A stretch of DNA of 64,000 nt. Origin: a virus. Of the stretch, positions 1 through 7,305 are shown in pieces. Numbering within the stretch: the first letter of the stretch is position 1; every line of letters starts with the position of its first letter. The position numbers and the translations under genes are program-made. The notes below the pieces were generated by a model that saw only the letters and a list, made by a program, of their open reading frames with translations, was not told the origin of the DNA and searched no databases. Where the stretch lies: positions 320,001-384,000 of the IMG/VR virus record IMGVR_UViG_3300012642_000011. One strand, given 5' to 3'.

Positions 1-187
1 CATCACCGATCTTCTGGGCCAGGTCATTCAGAGCATCCTCGTAGGAGACATGCACATCGTCGCTGAAGTGCTCCTGATCGTCCTCGAACACATCTCGATA
101 CCCCGTCTTGTACTCCCCGTTGGAGATCTTGGCGACGTAGTAGGTCAGGGCCTTGTTCCCCGTGGAGAACTCGTTGATGATCTTCAT
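1..187 (-). CDS. hypothetical protein, partial (extends past the left window edge)
   Basis: Open minus-strand frame starting at the ATG whose complement lies at 185-187 (MKIINEFSTGNKALTYYVAKISNGEYKTGYRDV...). An AGGAAG Shine-Dalgarno sits 6 nt upstream on the minus strand. The plus-strand frames here are closed by stops. Confidence 0.5.
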   Translation of the reverse strand, partial: MKIINEFSTGNKALTYYVAKISNGEYKTGYRDVFEDDQEHFSDDVHVSYEDALNDLAQKIGD

Positions 188-229
188 GATCTTCCTTTTC
201 TGTGAAGGCGGTGTTTAACTCTTGCTCTC

Positions 230-259
230 ATCATAAGCACAGGGACGCTCCAATGTCAA
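230..259 (-). promoter_or_regulatory. sigma70-like promoter read on the minus strand as TTGACA-N18-TATGAT; the spacer carries the conserved motif ATGGAGCGTCC (plus-strand GGACGCTCCA at 243-252)
   Basis: Hexamers read directly from the sequence. The motif abuts the -35 hexamer, and the element lies about 35 nt upstream of the ATG at 187. Confidence 0.4.
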
Positions 260-293
260 CCACGGATCATCACGTCTTCTCTGCTCCCTGTTG

Positions 294-605
294 TCAACCA
301 CGGATCACAGGTGCAGGCGGGTGACCACTACCGCCGCCCTTACAATAGGACTCATGCCAAATGGGCAATGAGCAGTCATCTGCATGCAATCCGAACGTCT
401 CTCCCCATGGTCTCATTCTATACGAAATGCCGAAACACAGATGGCACTGTGAAAGATCCTCATTGGGGCCTTCTGGTCCACGGTGTAACCCACGGGGACA
501 CGGAATCTCACCGCGCCTGATCTTTTCCTGCAACTCCTGATACTCCTGCAACGCTCCGTTAGCGATGCGCTCACGTGCTGCTTTCCTGAATGCATTCTCG
601 CTCAT
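294..605 (-). CDS. hypothetical small protein (103 aa)
   Basis: ORF with a good SD (GAAGGAGA) upstream of the ATG at 603-605. The N-terminal half (MSENAFRKAARERIANGALQEYQELQEKIRR) looks protein-like, but the C-terminal half is low-complexity, so the true stop may lie earlier or the call may be wrong. Confidence 0.35.
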   Translation of the reverse strand: MSENAFRKAARERIANGALQEYQELQEKIRRGEIPCPRGLHRGPEGPNEDLSQCHLCFGISYRMRPWGETFGLHADDCSLPIWHESYCKGGGSGHPPAPVIRG

Positions 606-707
606 GGCATTCTCCTTCGATAGTAGTGCTTTATTTTACCAAGATAGATGCTATGTTGACCATTTGTTACAGCAGGGGGCAAGGGGACACAGAGTGATCT
701 ACTAAGG

Positions 708-750
708 ATAGGCGGTAACACCCAATGTGTTACCGCCTATCTGTTGTGTT
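708..750 (+). terminator. perfect 14-bp stem hairpin (ATAGGCGGTAACAC/GTGTTACCGCCTAT) followed by a T-rich tract; probably a bidirectional terminator
   Basis: Inverted repeat read directly, with CTGTTGTGTTTC downstream on the plus strand. It lies immediately 3' of the minus-strand ORF that ends at 751. Confidence 0.5.
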
Positions 751-1287
751 TCAGAGGGAGTCGTCAGCCACAGCCGAGAGGACGTAATTCTTGGACTCGG
801 GATCAAGAAGCGTGCTCATCACGCCGAGGGTCTTCTTGGTCTTCTCGTACACCTCGCCCACGGTCACGTTGGTGTCCAGACCATTCACGTCCACGGCCAC
901 TGCGAACGGGTTATCACTGCGCCAAACCTCCTCTTCGGTCGTGTGGCGATACACCTCCATGCCGGACAGTTCGGACAGGACAGCAACAGCCTTCTAGCCA
1001 ATCTCATCCTTGACAGTGATCTGGTTCTCATCACCGTCAAGGATCTCGATGACAGCATCCTTCACGCCGTCTGTCTCCAGACGCTCCACGTGACCCCCGT
1101 AGTCGAGGCACTCAACCCAGATCAGGGTAACCGACACGGCTCCCTCGTACTCGGAGTGAGAGAGAGCCAACTGCATGGGCGAAGTGATCCCCTGAAGGAA
1201 GAAAATGGGGAGGTTGTTGTCCTGTGTGCTCATCCACTCGGGGAGTTCAAGCATCGGGGTGTTCAGATCAAACAGATTGGTCATCAT
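751..1287 (-). pseudogene. hypothetical ORF interrupted by a single in-frame TAG (plus-strand complement CTA at 994-996); either a pseudogene or a readthrough candidate
   Basis: ORFs 994..1287 and 751..960 are in the same frame and separated only by the TAG, and the intervening codons are all sense (KAVAVLSELSG). The downstream piece has no SD of its own. The upstream start at 1285-1287 has a promoter containing the conserved motif. Confidence 0.4.
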
Positions 1288-1329
1288 GTCCTTCTTTCAA
1301 AGTAATCGGTCTTGCTCTGTCATGGATGA

Positions 1330-1359
1330 ATCTACCACAGGGGACGCTCCATGCGCAAC
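1330..1359 (-). promoter_or_regulatory. sigma70-like promoter (GTTGCG-N18-GTAGAT on the minus strand) with ATGGAGCGTCC in the spacer (plus 1342-1352)
   Basis: Same architecture as the promoter at 230-259. It lies about 45 nt upstream of the ATG at 1287. Confidence 0.35.
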
Positions 1360-1425
1360 CTGATACTCACATTATTTTTTTGCAGATAGTTCTCAACAAG
1401 ACAGAGGGGACACAGATAACACTAC

Positions 1426-1465
1426 GGGGTGAGCATGGCATCTACCCGAACACCATGCTCACCCC
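1426..1465 (-). terminator. 13-bp stem hairpin (GGGGTGAGCATGG...CCATGCTCACCCC) 3' of the minus-strand gene ending at 1480
   Basis: Perfect inverted repeat read from the sequence. There is no clear U-tract on the minus strand, so it may act as a processing site or a weak terminator rather than a classical one. Confidence 0.35.
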
Positions 1466-1479
1466 GTGAAATCAGCAGT

Positions 1480-1710
1480 TCACTTGGCAAAATCCTCTGT
1501 CGCGTCAAGCGAAATGTCATCCGTGACAGGAACCTCTCCATCGATCTCCTCCCACGGGCAAGGACGTGGACGACGCACGATCCGCCACGCGCCCTCACGT
1601 GCGCCATCCTCTTCGAACTCACGCATGATTGCACTGACGGCATTGAGACCCATTCCCTCATACAAAATCTCGCCCGTTCGCGTTCGCTTGATCGCGTACT
1701 CATACGACAT
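1480..1710 (-). CDS. hypothetical small protein (76 aa)
   Basis: ORF with a strong SD (AAGGAGA) 7 nt upstream of the ATG. Its promoter (TTGACA-N18-TATCCT, plus 1751-1780) contains the conserved motif at 1764-1774. Confidence 0.5.
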   Translation of the reverse strand: MSYEYAIKRTRTGEILYEGMGLNAVSAIMREFEEDGAREGAWRIVRRPRPCPWEEIDGEVPVTDDISLDATEDFAK

Positions 1711-1827
1711 GATGATTCTCCTTCAAACACTGATTTCATTGTCTCTTGTCAGGATACACAGAAGGACGCTCCATTGTCAAGAATACATCAGGTCACGTTT
1801 TCCAGACATGGGGACACAGTGTTGCCA

Positions 1828-2271
1828 TCAAGCACCCAAGCCTACACCTGATTCTTTGGACAACTGTGTGATGAACCTCGTGATCTTCTTTGTTTCCAAG
1901 ATAGCAAGGCTCTGATCATTCACCACACCAAAAGTCTCCCCCACATCGTTGTAGTCCATGCTGTGCCAGACGCCCAAGGGGACGCTCGAAGAAGCAAACT
2001 CCTTGCCGACAACAAGAGAACCATCTCTTTCTGAAACCTTGTAGAGACCAAAAGGAGCGTGCAAATGATCCTCAGGGGAATCGTAGAACTCGAAGACGAA
2101 CTTGCGTGGCTTGCGGGAGAGTTTATCCAGTTCAGCCATGATGGCCTCAGCAACGCTCAGCAAGGAAAGCGTCCTCTGTACTCGATTGTACGCGTTGATT
2201 ACATCTGCATGAGAATTCTGAATTCCTAAACGCAGTTTTCTCACACCTGATGCAGTCACTTTTGTCGCCAT
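1828..2271 (-). CDS. hypothetical protein (147 aa)
   Basis: ORF with protein-like composition. An upstream region at about 2354-2380 carries the conserved motif next to a TATGAT -10 hexamer. Confidence 0.5.
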   Translation of the reverse strand: MATKVTASGVRKLRLGIQNSHADVINAYNRVQRTLSLLSVAEAIMAELDKLSRKPRKFVFEFYDSPEDHLHAPFGLYKVSERDGSLVVGKEFASSSVPLGVWHSMDYNDVGETFGVVNDQSLAILETKKITRFITQLSKESGVGLGA

Positions 2272-2453
2272 GATCTCTCTTCTCTCAGTCAGCAGATTGC
2301 TATATTCATCTTTGCAGATTGTATCAAAACATCCCCACGTCTAAGATTTAAAGATCATAAGAGGACGCTCCATTATTGAAGGTGTTGCACTCTATGCAGG
2401 TTCATGATACTGTGGAAGCAAGTTGATAACTCACACACCACAAGGAGACCGTC

Positions 2454-2768
2454 ATGAAGAAGATGACCGCAGAGCAGATGCAGGACTACCGAGAGAACTT
2501 CGGTGATGTCCCCAATAGCAGAATGGCATACGCCAATGAGTACGAGCGAGGGAAGTTCCTCAAGAAGCATGGGTTCAACGCTGATGCCAACGACGACATC
2601 TTCTCTGATACCAAGTACGTGTACTGTGTCTCTCACATTCGTCCTCACACTGTGGGCTGGTGTACTGTAGGCGCAGCTAACCAGTACCCTCTTGTTGCAC
2701 AGGATGATGTGTCTGCGCTTCAGGAAACGCGCAATCTCAACTTCCCCATCATGGGCGATAAGGACTGA
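2454..2768 (+). CDS. hypothetical protein (104 aa), paralog of the gene at 2864..3199
   Basis: SD ACAAGGAGACC upstream. It shares MQDYRxNFG...DTKYVYCVSHxxPHTVGWCTV with its downstream neighbour. Confidence 0.6.
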   Translation: MKKMTAEQMQDYRENFGDVPNSRMAYANEYERGKFLKKHGFNADANDDIFSDTKYVYCVSHIRPHTVGWCTVGAANQYPLVAQDDVSALQETRNLNFPIMGDKD

Positions 2769-2863
2769 GCACCCTTCACAGGACGCTCCATACTCTTGCA
2801 CGCTGAGCGCTCATGTGATAGGCTAGAAGCACCACTTGAGAAGTAAACCACAAGGAGACCATC

Positions 2864-3199
2864 ATGGATCAGATGACCGTAGAGCAGATGCAGGACTACC
2901 GAGATAACTTCGGTCCTGTCTCCCTCAGCAGCAACGAGGGTGAACACCATCGCTTTAAGTACTTCAAGTCGCGCGATATGGACGTGTCCGCACCTGATAC
3001 GATCTTCCCTGACACCAAGTACGTGTACTGTGTCTCTCACATGAATCCTCACACCGTGGGTTGGTGTACTGTGCGTGTTGCCAATAAGTACCCCCTGCTC
3101 TCCACTGATCGTGAGAAGGCTATCGAGGAATGCCGCGACCTTGACTTCCCGCTGTTCGAGGACGTGGAGAAGATGCGTCGTCTGGCCCAGAAGCCCTGA
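2864..3199 (+). CDS. hypothetical protein (111 aa), paralog of the gene at 2454..2768
   Basis: It has the same SD and the same conserved protein blocks. The duplication extends into the 5' leader, and the GGACGCTCCAT motif sits 84 and 92 nt upstream of the two ATGs. Confidence 0.6.
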   Translation: MDQMTVEQMQDYRDNFGPVSLSSNEGEHHRFKYFKSRDMDVSAPDTIFPDTKYVYCVSHMNPHTVGWCTVRVANKYPLLSTDREKAIEECRDLDFPLFEDVEKMRRLAQKP

Positions 3200-3354
3200 T
3201 AATCAAGCCTGTGATGGCTACACAGCAAGGTCATATCATCCACCGATTCGATGGATTTTAAAAACTGATCACAGTGAGAGTTGCAATGCTTGCAGATGTG
3301 TAGTACACTTTAAATCGTAAGCACGAACCACTCATTGAAATCAAGGAGAATGCC

Positions 3355-3657
3355 ATGAAGATGAACACGAACACCAAGACCGTCAAGCAGACCACGCTCA
3401 TTTTCGAGATTGAGAGCGAGGATGACGTTGCGACCTTCAACGATGAGATCGAGAAGGCGCTTGAGCAGGCGTGGGATGATGATGCAGAGCAGAGCATCTA
3501 TGATGACGAGGTTATTGCGCCTAAGATCGAGCTTAGCCCCAACTGGAACGGAAACGCCGTCATTGGCTACAAGGGGGGCGTTATCGCCACCTTCGATCAC
3601 CTTCCCGTGACCATCGAGGTTCCGGCTCACAACACGTCGGCAACCAACGTCATGTGA
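3355..3657 (+). CDS. hypothetical acidic protein (100 aa), paralog of the gene at 3758..4069
   Basis: SD AAGGAGAA upstream. It shares the N-terminal TTLxFxxxSEE...FND motif and the C-terminal PVTIxxPAHNTSA motif with its paralog. Confidence 0.6.
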   Translation: MKMNTNTKTVKQTTLIFEIESEDDVATFNDEIEKALEQAWDDDAEQSIYDDEVIAPKIELSPNWNGNAVIGYKGGVIATFDHLPVTIEVPAHNTSATNVM

Positions 3658-3670
3658 CCTGAAGAAGAGC

Positions 3671-3716
3671 AGGGGAGAGACCACGAGGCATCATTCGTGG
3701 TCTCTCCCCTTTTTTG
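3671..3716 (+). terminator. rho-independent terminator (16-bp GC-rich stem plus TTTTTT), immediately followed by a GCTATAAT -10-like element
   Basis: Stem AGGGGAGAGACCACGA/TCGTGGTCTCTCCCCT read directly, with the T-run at 3711-3716. Confidence 0.7.
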
Positions 3717-3757
3717 CTATAATAATCGTAAATCACACGTACAAGAAGGGAGATAAA

Positions 3758-4069
3758 ATGGAGATCACAGCAAGCAATGAGAACGTCAAGCACACTACTC
3801 TCACCTTCGTCCTCAACAGCGAGGAAGAGGTTGTCGTCTTCAACGATGTCGTGGAAGAGCATTTGATCGAGGCATGGGAAAACGGAGCGTTCAAGAGCGA
3901 AAACGAGGACGAGAGGCACGTTCCTCAGATCGAGAAGGAAGAGACAGATGATCTCAATGAATACAGTCTCCTGTACCACATTGACGTGCTGGACACCTTC
4001 ACTGGCGAGGACTTCCCGGTGACCATTCAGATTCCGGCTCACAACACGTCAGCAGTCAGCATCCTGTGA
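3758..4069 (+). CDS. hypothetical acidic protein (103 aa), paralog of the gene at 3355..3657
   Basis: SD AAGGGAGA upstream. The C-terminus PVTIQIPAHNTSAVSIL matches the C-terminus of its paralog. Confidence 0.6.
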   Translation: MEITASNENVKHTTLTFVLNSEEEVVVFNDVVEEHLIEAWENGAFKSENEDERHVPQIEKEETDDLNEYSLLYHIDVLDTFTGEDFPVTIQIPAHNTSAVSIL

Positions 4070-4080
4070 CTTGAACAAGA

Positions 4081-4126
4081 AAAGGGGAGACCACGAGGTT
4101 AGCGTGCGTGGTCCCCCTTTCTATTT
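4081..4126 (+). terminator. rho-independent terminator, a near-copy of the one at 3671-3716
   Basis: Stem GGGGAGACCACG...CGTGGTCCCCC followed by TTTCTATTT. Confidence 0.65.
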
Positions 4127-4236
4127 GCCTAGATCACGCAGAAAACGCACGAATAAATGAGGGGACACAAATCTTGTATCCTTTACCTTTTGATAGAATT
4201 ACATTATAGACGTTCCACTTTCTCAAAGGAGTATTC

Positions 4237-5001
4237 ATGGCGACAAAGACTGTCACCCTCTCAAGCAACCCCCTCAGGCATCCAAAAATGCCCAGCATGA
4301 TCCTTGGACCTGTAGCCTCCCGAGGTGGTCAGGCATGCTACGCGCCTGTAGCGTTCCTGCTCAAAGATGGGACGCTCTACACGTCTCTCAAGACAGGTAA
4401 AATCGATGAATGGAGTGATACTGAATGCTCATCATTCCGCTTCCTCAAGTACACTTACACCGATGATTTCACCCGCGAGGGGGATCAGTGGTACATGAAC
4501 GGCGAGCCGCTCTACGACGAAGAGGAATACCCTGTCATCCCCCATAGGGAGGGGCAGACCATTGCAGAGGTCACAGCCTTCATAGACACGCCTCTGACGG
4601 CAGATGAGGACGCTCCTACCACCAGCGCTATTGAAGCCATCTCTACGCCTACAGGAAGCGACGAAGGAGAGCAAGAGGTTGCTCAAGCGTCTCTGGACAC
4701 TACCGATTCCATGAACACAGGAGAGCACTATTTCAAGAACCTTGTGCGTTTACCAGATGGGGCTTGGTTTGGACTGTCCGAAACGTCAGGACGCTTGATG
4801 TGGGTCAGTGATGAGCAGTTGAAATCATTCTCCATTAATAGGGCTGCTAACGATGTCGTCTCCTATGTTAAAGATGGCGGCAAGTGGATACAAAGAGGCA
4901 AAGGCCCCATTGGAAAGCCATTCCCATGGGTTACCGCGCTCATTGTCCTCATGGTGGTAGCAGCGGCAGCATTCGGTTATTGGTGGTTCGTCATGAAGTG
5001 A
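4237..5001 (+). CDS. hypothetical protein with a C-terminal transmembrane anchor (254 aa)
   Basis: SD AAAGGAG upstream. The hydrophobic C-terminus VTALIVLMVVAAAAFGYWWFV suggests a tail anchor. Confidence 0.55.
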   Translation: MATKTVTLSSNPLRHPKMPSMILGPVASRGGQACYAPVAFLLKDGTLYTSLKTGKIDEWSDTECSSFRFLKYTYTDDFTREGDQWYMNGEPLYDEEEYPVIPHREGQTIAEVTAFIDTPLTADEDAPTTSAIEAISTPTGSDEGEQEVAQASLDTTDSMNTGEHYFKNLVRLPDGAWFGLSETSGRLMWVSDEQLKSFSINRAANDVVSYVKDGGKWIQRGKGPIGKPFPWVTALIVLMVVAAAAFGYWWFVMK

Positions 5002-5082
5002 TAGGGACGCTCCATATCTTAATACCATCATCATCTCATATGCAATTGTTAGAGAAAACAGCATCATAGCGAGGTGGTGCAA

Positions 5083-6276
5083 ATGGGAATAGTGATCACA
5101 AAGACGGCCTACGGGAAGTCAAAAACGGATGGCACATGGGAGAGATGCCGCGCAAAGCCTGAGAACAGGGGTAAGGGGCGATGTCCGCACGGAGAGCATC
5201 AAGACCTCACCAAAGACGAGGAGCAAATCATCCATGTGCTCAACGATGAGATACTCATCAAGAAGTACGGCAGTACAGCAAGGTTGTCCAAGAAGGGGGA
5301 CGCTCCTTCCTCAACAGGCAAGAGGACGCAGCAATCAGGGCAAGCATCGTCCAAGCCTAGAAGGAAGCGCAGAGGACAAGGCAGCAGGAGAAACAAGATC
5401 GCCAAGGTGGGAAATAACTCCTTTGCTACCCATGAAGGGGGACGCTCCCTTACAAGAAAAGAATTCGATACATCAAGCCAGAAGGTGGCAGAATCTTTCC
5501 CCCAAGAGGATTGGAAAGCCATCAATAGTTTTTATTCAAAGTTCTCTGAAGTATCTGAAAAGGATGAAGCGAAGAAGAACTTTGATTCTGCGGTGAAGTC
5601 CGTTAAGGAATACATGAAGAGTGATGACCCTGATGCTGTGAAGATGAGGGAATTCTTTGGTGATGATGTGAACGTGGATGACGTGGCAGAGATACTGGTC
5701 TACCAAGTCAACGCTATGCGTTCTCCTATCACGTGGGAAACCAAGAGGCCGGGCACTATCAAGCGTTCTATAGCCACCACGGTGAACAACGACATGAACA
5801 AGGAGAGATACGTTGCCAGCGTCATGTTCTTTGGTGGAAGGTGCTGCTACTGCAATCAGCCCATGTCCAAACGAGAAGGTGACTCCAAGGCTACAGGCGA
5901 GCACATTACACCCGTGAACCCTTCTGGTAACGGAGTGATGGGAGGGACACGCTATGGCAACATGGCTCTTGCTTGTTCAGGGTGCAACAACGAGAGAGGC
6001 AACAAGGAGTTGAATGAGTGGATCAGCGAGACCTCAAGGCTTTCAGAGGAGAATAAGAAGGCTTCTATGGATCGTATTGACCAGTTCAGGAAGTTTGCTC
6101 TCTACAAGGAGTACACGCCGGAGCAGTCGAATGCCATCAGGGCGGCTATCAAGGAGACAGAGAAGTTCATGTATGAGAGAAGGAATCCTAATGGTTCGTA
6201 TGTGGACAATGGGATCAAGGAGATCAGGGATCACTTGAAGATCACGATTCATGATCTGAATGAGATGCTGAGGTGA
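5083..6276 (+). CDS. HNH-family endonuclease with a basic, low-complexity N-terminal region
   Basis: SD GAGGTGG 8 nt upstream of the ATG at 5083. The C-terminal region carries an HNH-like Cys/His/Asn signature (CCYCN...EHITPVN...ALACSGCNNERGN). The GGACGCTCCAT motif sits 70 nt upstream. Confidence 0.6.
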   Translation: MGIVITKTAYGKSKTDGTWERCRAKPENRGKGRCPHGEHQDLTKDEEQIIHVLNDEILIKKYGSTARLSKKGDAPSSTGKRTQQSGQASSKPRRKRRGQGSRRNKIAKVGNNSFATHEGGRSLTRKEFDTSSQKVAESFPQEDWKAINSFYSKFSEVSEKDEAKKNFDSAVKSVKEYMKSDDPDAVKMREFFGDDVNVDDVAEILVYQVNAMRSPITWETKRPGTIKRSIATTVNNDMNKERYVASVMFFGGRCCYCNQPMSKREGDSKATGEHITPVNPSGNGVMGGTRYGNMALACSGCNNERGNKELNEWISETSRLSEENKKASMDRIDQFRKFALYKEYTPEQSNAIRAAIKETEKFMYERRNPNGSYVDNGIKEIRDHLKITIHDLNEMLR

Positions 6277-6308
6277 GGGGACACAGTTCTTAGTCGCCTA
6301 GAAGCAAG

Positions 6309-6345
6309 AAACCCTGTAAGCATTGCTTACAGGGTTTCTGTATTG
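6309..6345 (+). terminator. rho-independent terminator for the HNH gene
   Basis: Perfect palindrome AAACCCTGTAAGCA/TGCTTACAGGGTTT followed by a T-rich tail CTGTATTG. Confidence 0.65.
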
Positions 6346-6410
6346 ATTAACTCGTGGTGGTGCTCACAAGGCTTAAAGAGATGGATGCTGGCGAGGATTT
6401 AGCACCCACG

Positions 6411-6490
6411 TACCCCTAACGGGATTCGAACCCGTATGCCGAAGCGAGAGATTTTAAGTCTCCTGTGTATACCAATTCCACCATAGGGGC
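6411..6490 (-). tRNA. tRNA-Leu (anticodon UAA)
   Basis: Cloverleaf folded by hand: acceptor GCCCCTA/TAGGGGT, anticodon stem GGAGA/TCTCT with loop CTTAAAA, a short extra arm, T-arm ACGGG-TTCGAAT-CCCGT and discriminator A. CCA is not encoded. Confidence 0.7.
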
Positions 6491-6758
6491 AAAAGTGGGA
6501 TGTTGATCCTGCCTTGTACTTCGGCAGAACCAACAGCCCTTGCGGGTTGAGGGTAATGACTCCCCGTACCGCGATGAGCAAGATGGCCCATCAGCAACCT
6601 CCCGACCTTTCTCGGTAGTCCGCACTGTACATTGCTTTGAAAGAGCATGCACGGTCAGTGCCAACCGCCTCCCTGACGTGTGAGGAAACGCCTGCAAGGT
6701 CATTACTCCTTACAGGACATTGGTGAATCGTCATTATCGATTCCAACCAATGCTTTGT

Positions 6759-6830
6759 ACTCCCAACGGGATTCGAACCCGTGTCGTCGCCGTGAAAGGG
6801 CGATGTCCTAGGCCACTAGACGATGGGAGC
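6759..6830 (-). tRNA. tRNA-Glu (anticodon UUC)
   Basis: Acceptor GCTCCCA/TGGGAGT, anticodon stem TCGCC/GGCGA with loop CTTTCAC, and T-arm ACGGG-TTCGAAT-CCCGT. Confidence 0.75.
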
Positions 6831-7056
6831 GTGGCCCCTGACTGCACTATGAACCCCATGTGTTCTCACGGAATCCACCATGCATTCAGGAATACTATCA
6901 GGCAAGTCCCTACCTACCACATCGTCCTGATGACCTTTTTCAAGTCATAGCGGACAGGGAACTCTTTACCAAGTTGATGTTCGGCCCAAAATTCTTTTCA
7001 TTATTCTGTTGTTCTGATTCTAGTGTATCACACTCGGATCAGTTATGCAAGTCCAT

Positions 7057-7113
7057 TATAGTGTTGGTTGCCAGACGGCGGAACCCTTTGCCATCTGGCA
7101 ACCAACACTATAC
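7057..7113. repeat. perfect 19-bp inverted repeat (TATAGTGTTGGTTGCCAGA ... TCTGGCAACCAACACTATA) with a 19-nt loop
   Basis: Read directly from the sequence. It lies in a non-coding spacer between tRNA-Glu and tRNA-Asn and resembles IS200/IS605-end or REP-like hairpins. Confidence 0.6.
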
Positions 7114-7178
7114 CAGAAGGTTTGACTACCAGAGGGCAGTGCTTTGCTCAAAGCCCGTCTGGTGTCCTACCCTCCCAA

Positions 7179-7230
7179 GGTTTGATTACCATGCTGTACC
7201 CTGAGAATAATACCGCATGGTAATCAAAAC
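7179..7230. repeat. 16-bp imperfect hairpin (GGTTTGATTACCATGC...GCATGGTAATCAAAAC) abutting the 3' end of tRNA-Asn, plus a 14-bp direct repeat AAGGTTTGA(C/T)TACC at 7119 and 7177
   Basis: Inverted and direct repeats read from the sequence. Confidence 0.5.
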
Positions 7231-7233
7231 TCG

Positions 7234-7305
7234 CTCCCCCACCTGGATTCGAACCAGGAACCTACGCATTAACAGTGCGGCGCTCTGCCGTTGAGCTATA
7301 GGGGA
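7234..7305 (-). tRNA. tRNA-Asn (anticodon GUU)
   Basis: Acceptor TCCCCTA/TGGGGGA with one G-U pair, D-arm GCTC-AACGGCA-GAGC, anticodon loop CTGTTAA and T-arm CCTGG-TTCGAAT-CCAGG. Confidence 0.7.

Noticed and set aside
727-1305. 192-aa plus-strand ORF (MLPPICCVSEGVV...)
   Set aside because: It is antisense to the better-supported minus-strand frame at 751..1287. It has a His/Gly/Leu-rich, biased composition typical of the antisense strand of GC-rich coding DNA, and no SD.
6411-6490. Possibility that the tRNA with the UAA anticodon is an ochre or amber suppressor that could explain the in-frame stops
   Set aside because: The 7-nt loop CTTAAAA places T-A-A at positions 34-36. This anticodon reads the Leu codons UUA/UUG, not stop codons. 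Glu-UUC and Asn-GUU are likewise ordinary tRNAs.
6399-6703. Short minus-strand ORFs (60-95 aa) overlapping tRNA-Leu and the inter-tRNA spacer
   Set aside because: They overlap a well-folded tRNA gene and structured RNA, and have no SD.
6860-7204. 114-aa plus-strand ORF spanning the tRNA-Glu to tRNA-Asn spacer
   Set aside because: It overlaps the long perfect palindromes and direct repeats, has no ribosome-binding site and has odd composition (CCSDSS, RRRNPLPSG). It is more likely an accidental open frame in structured non-coding DNA.
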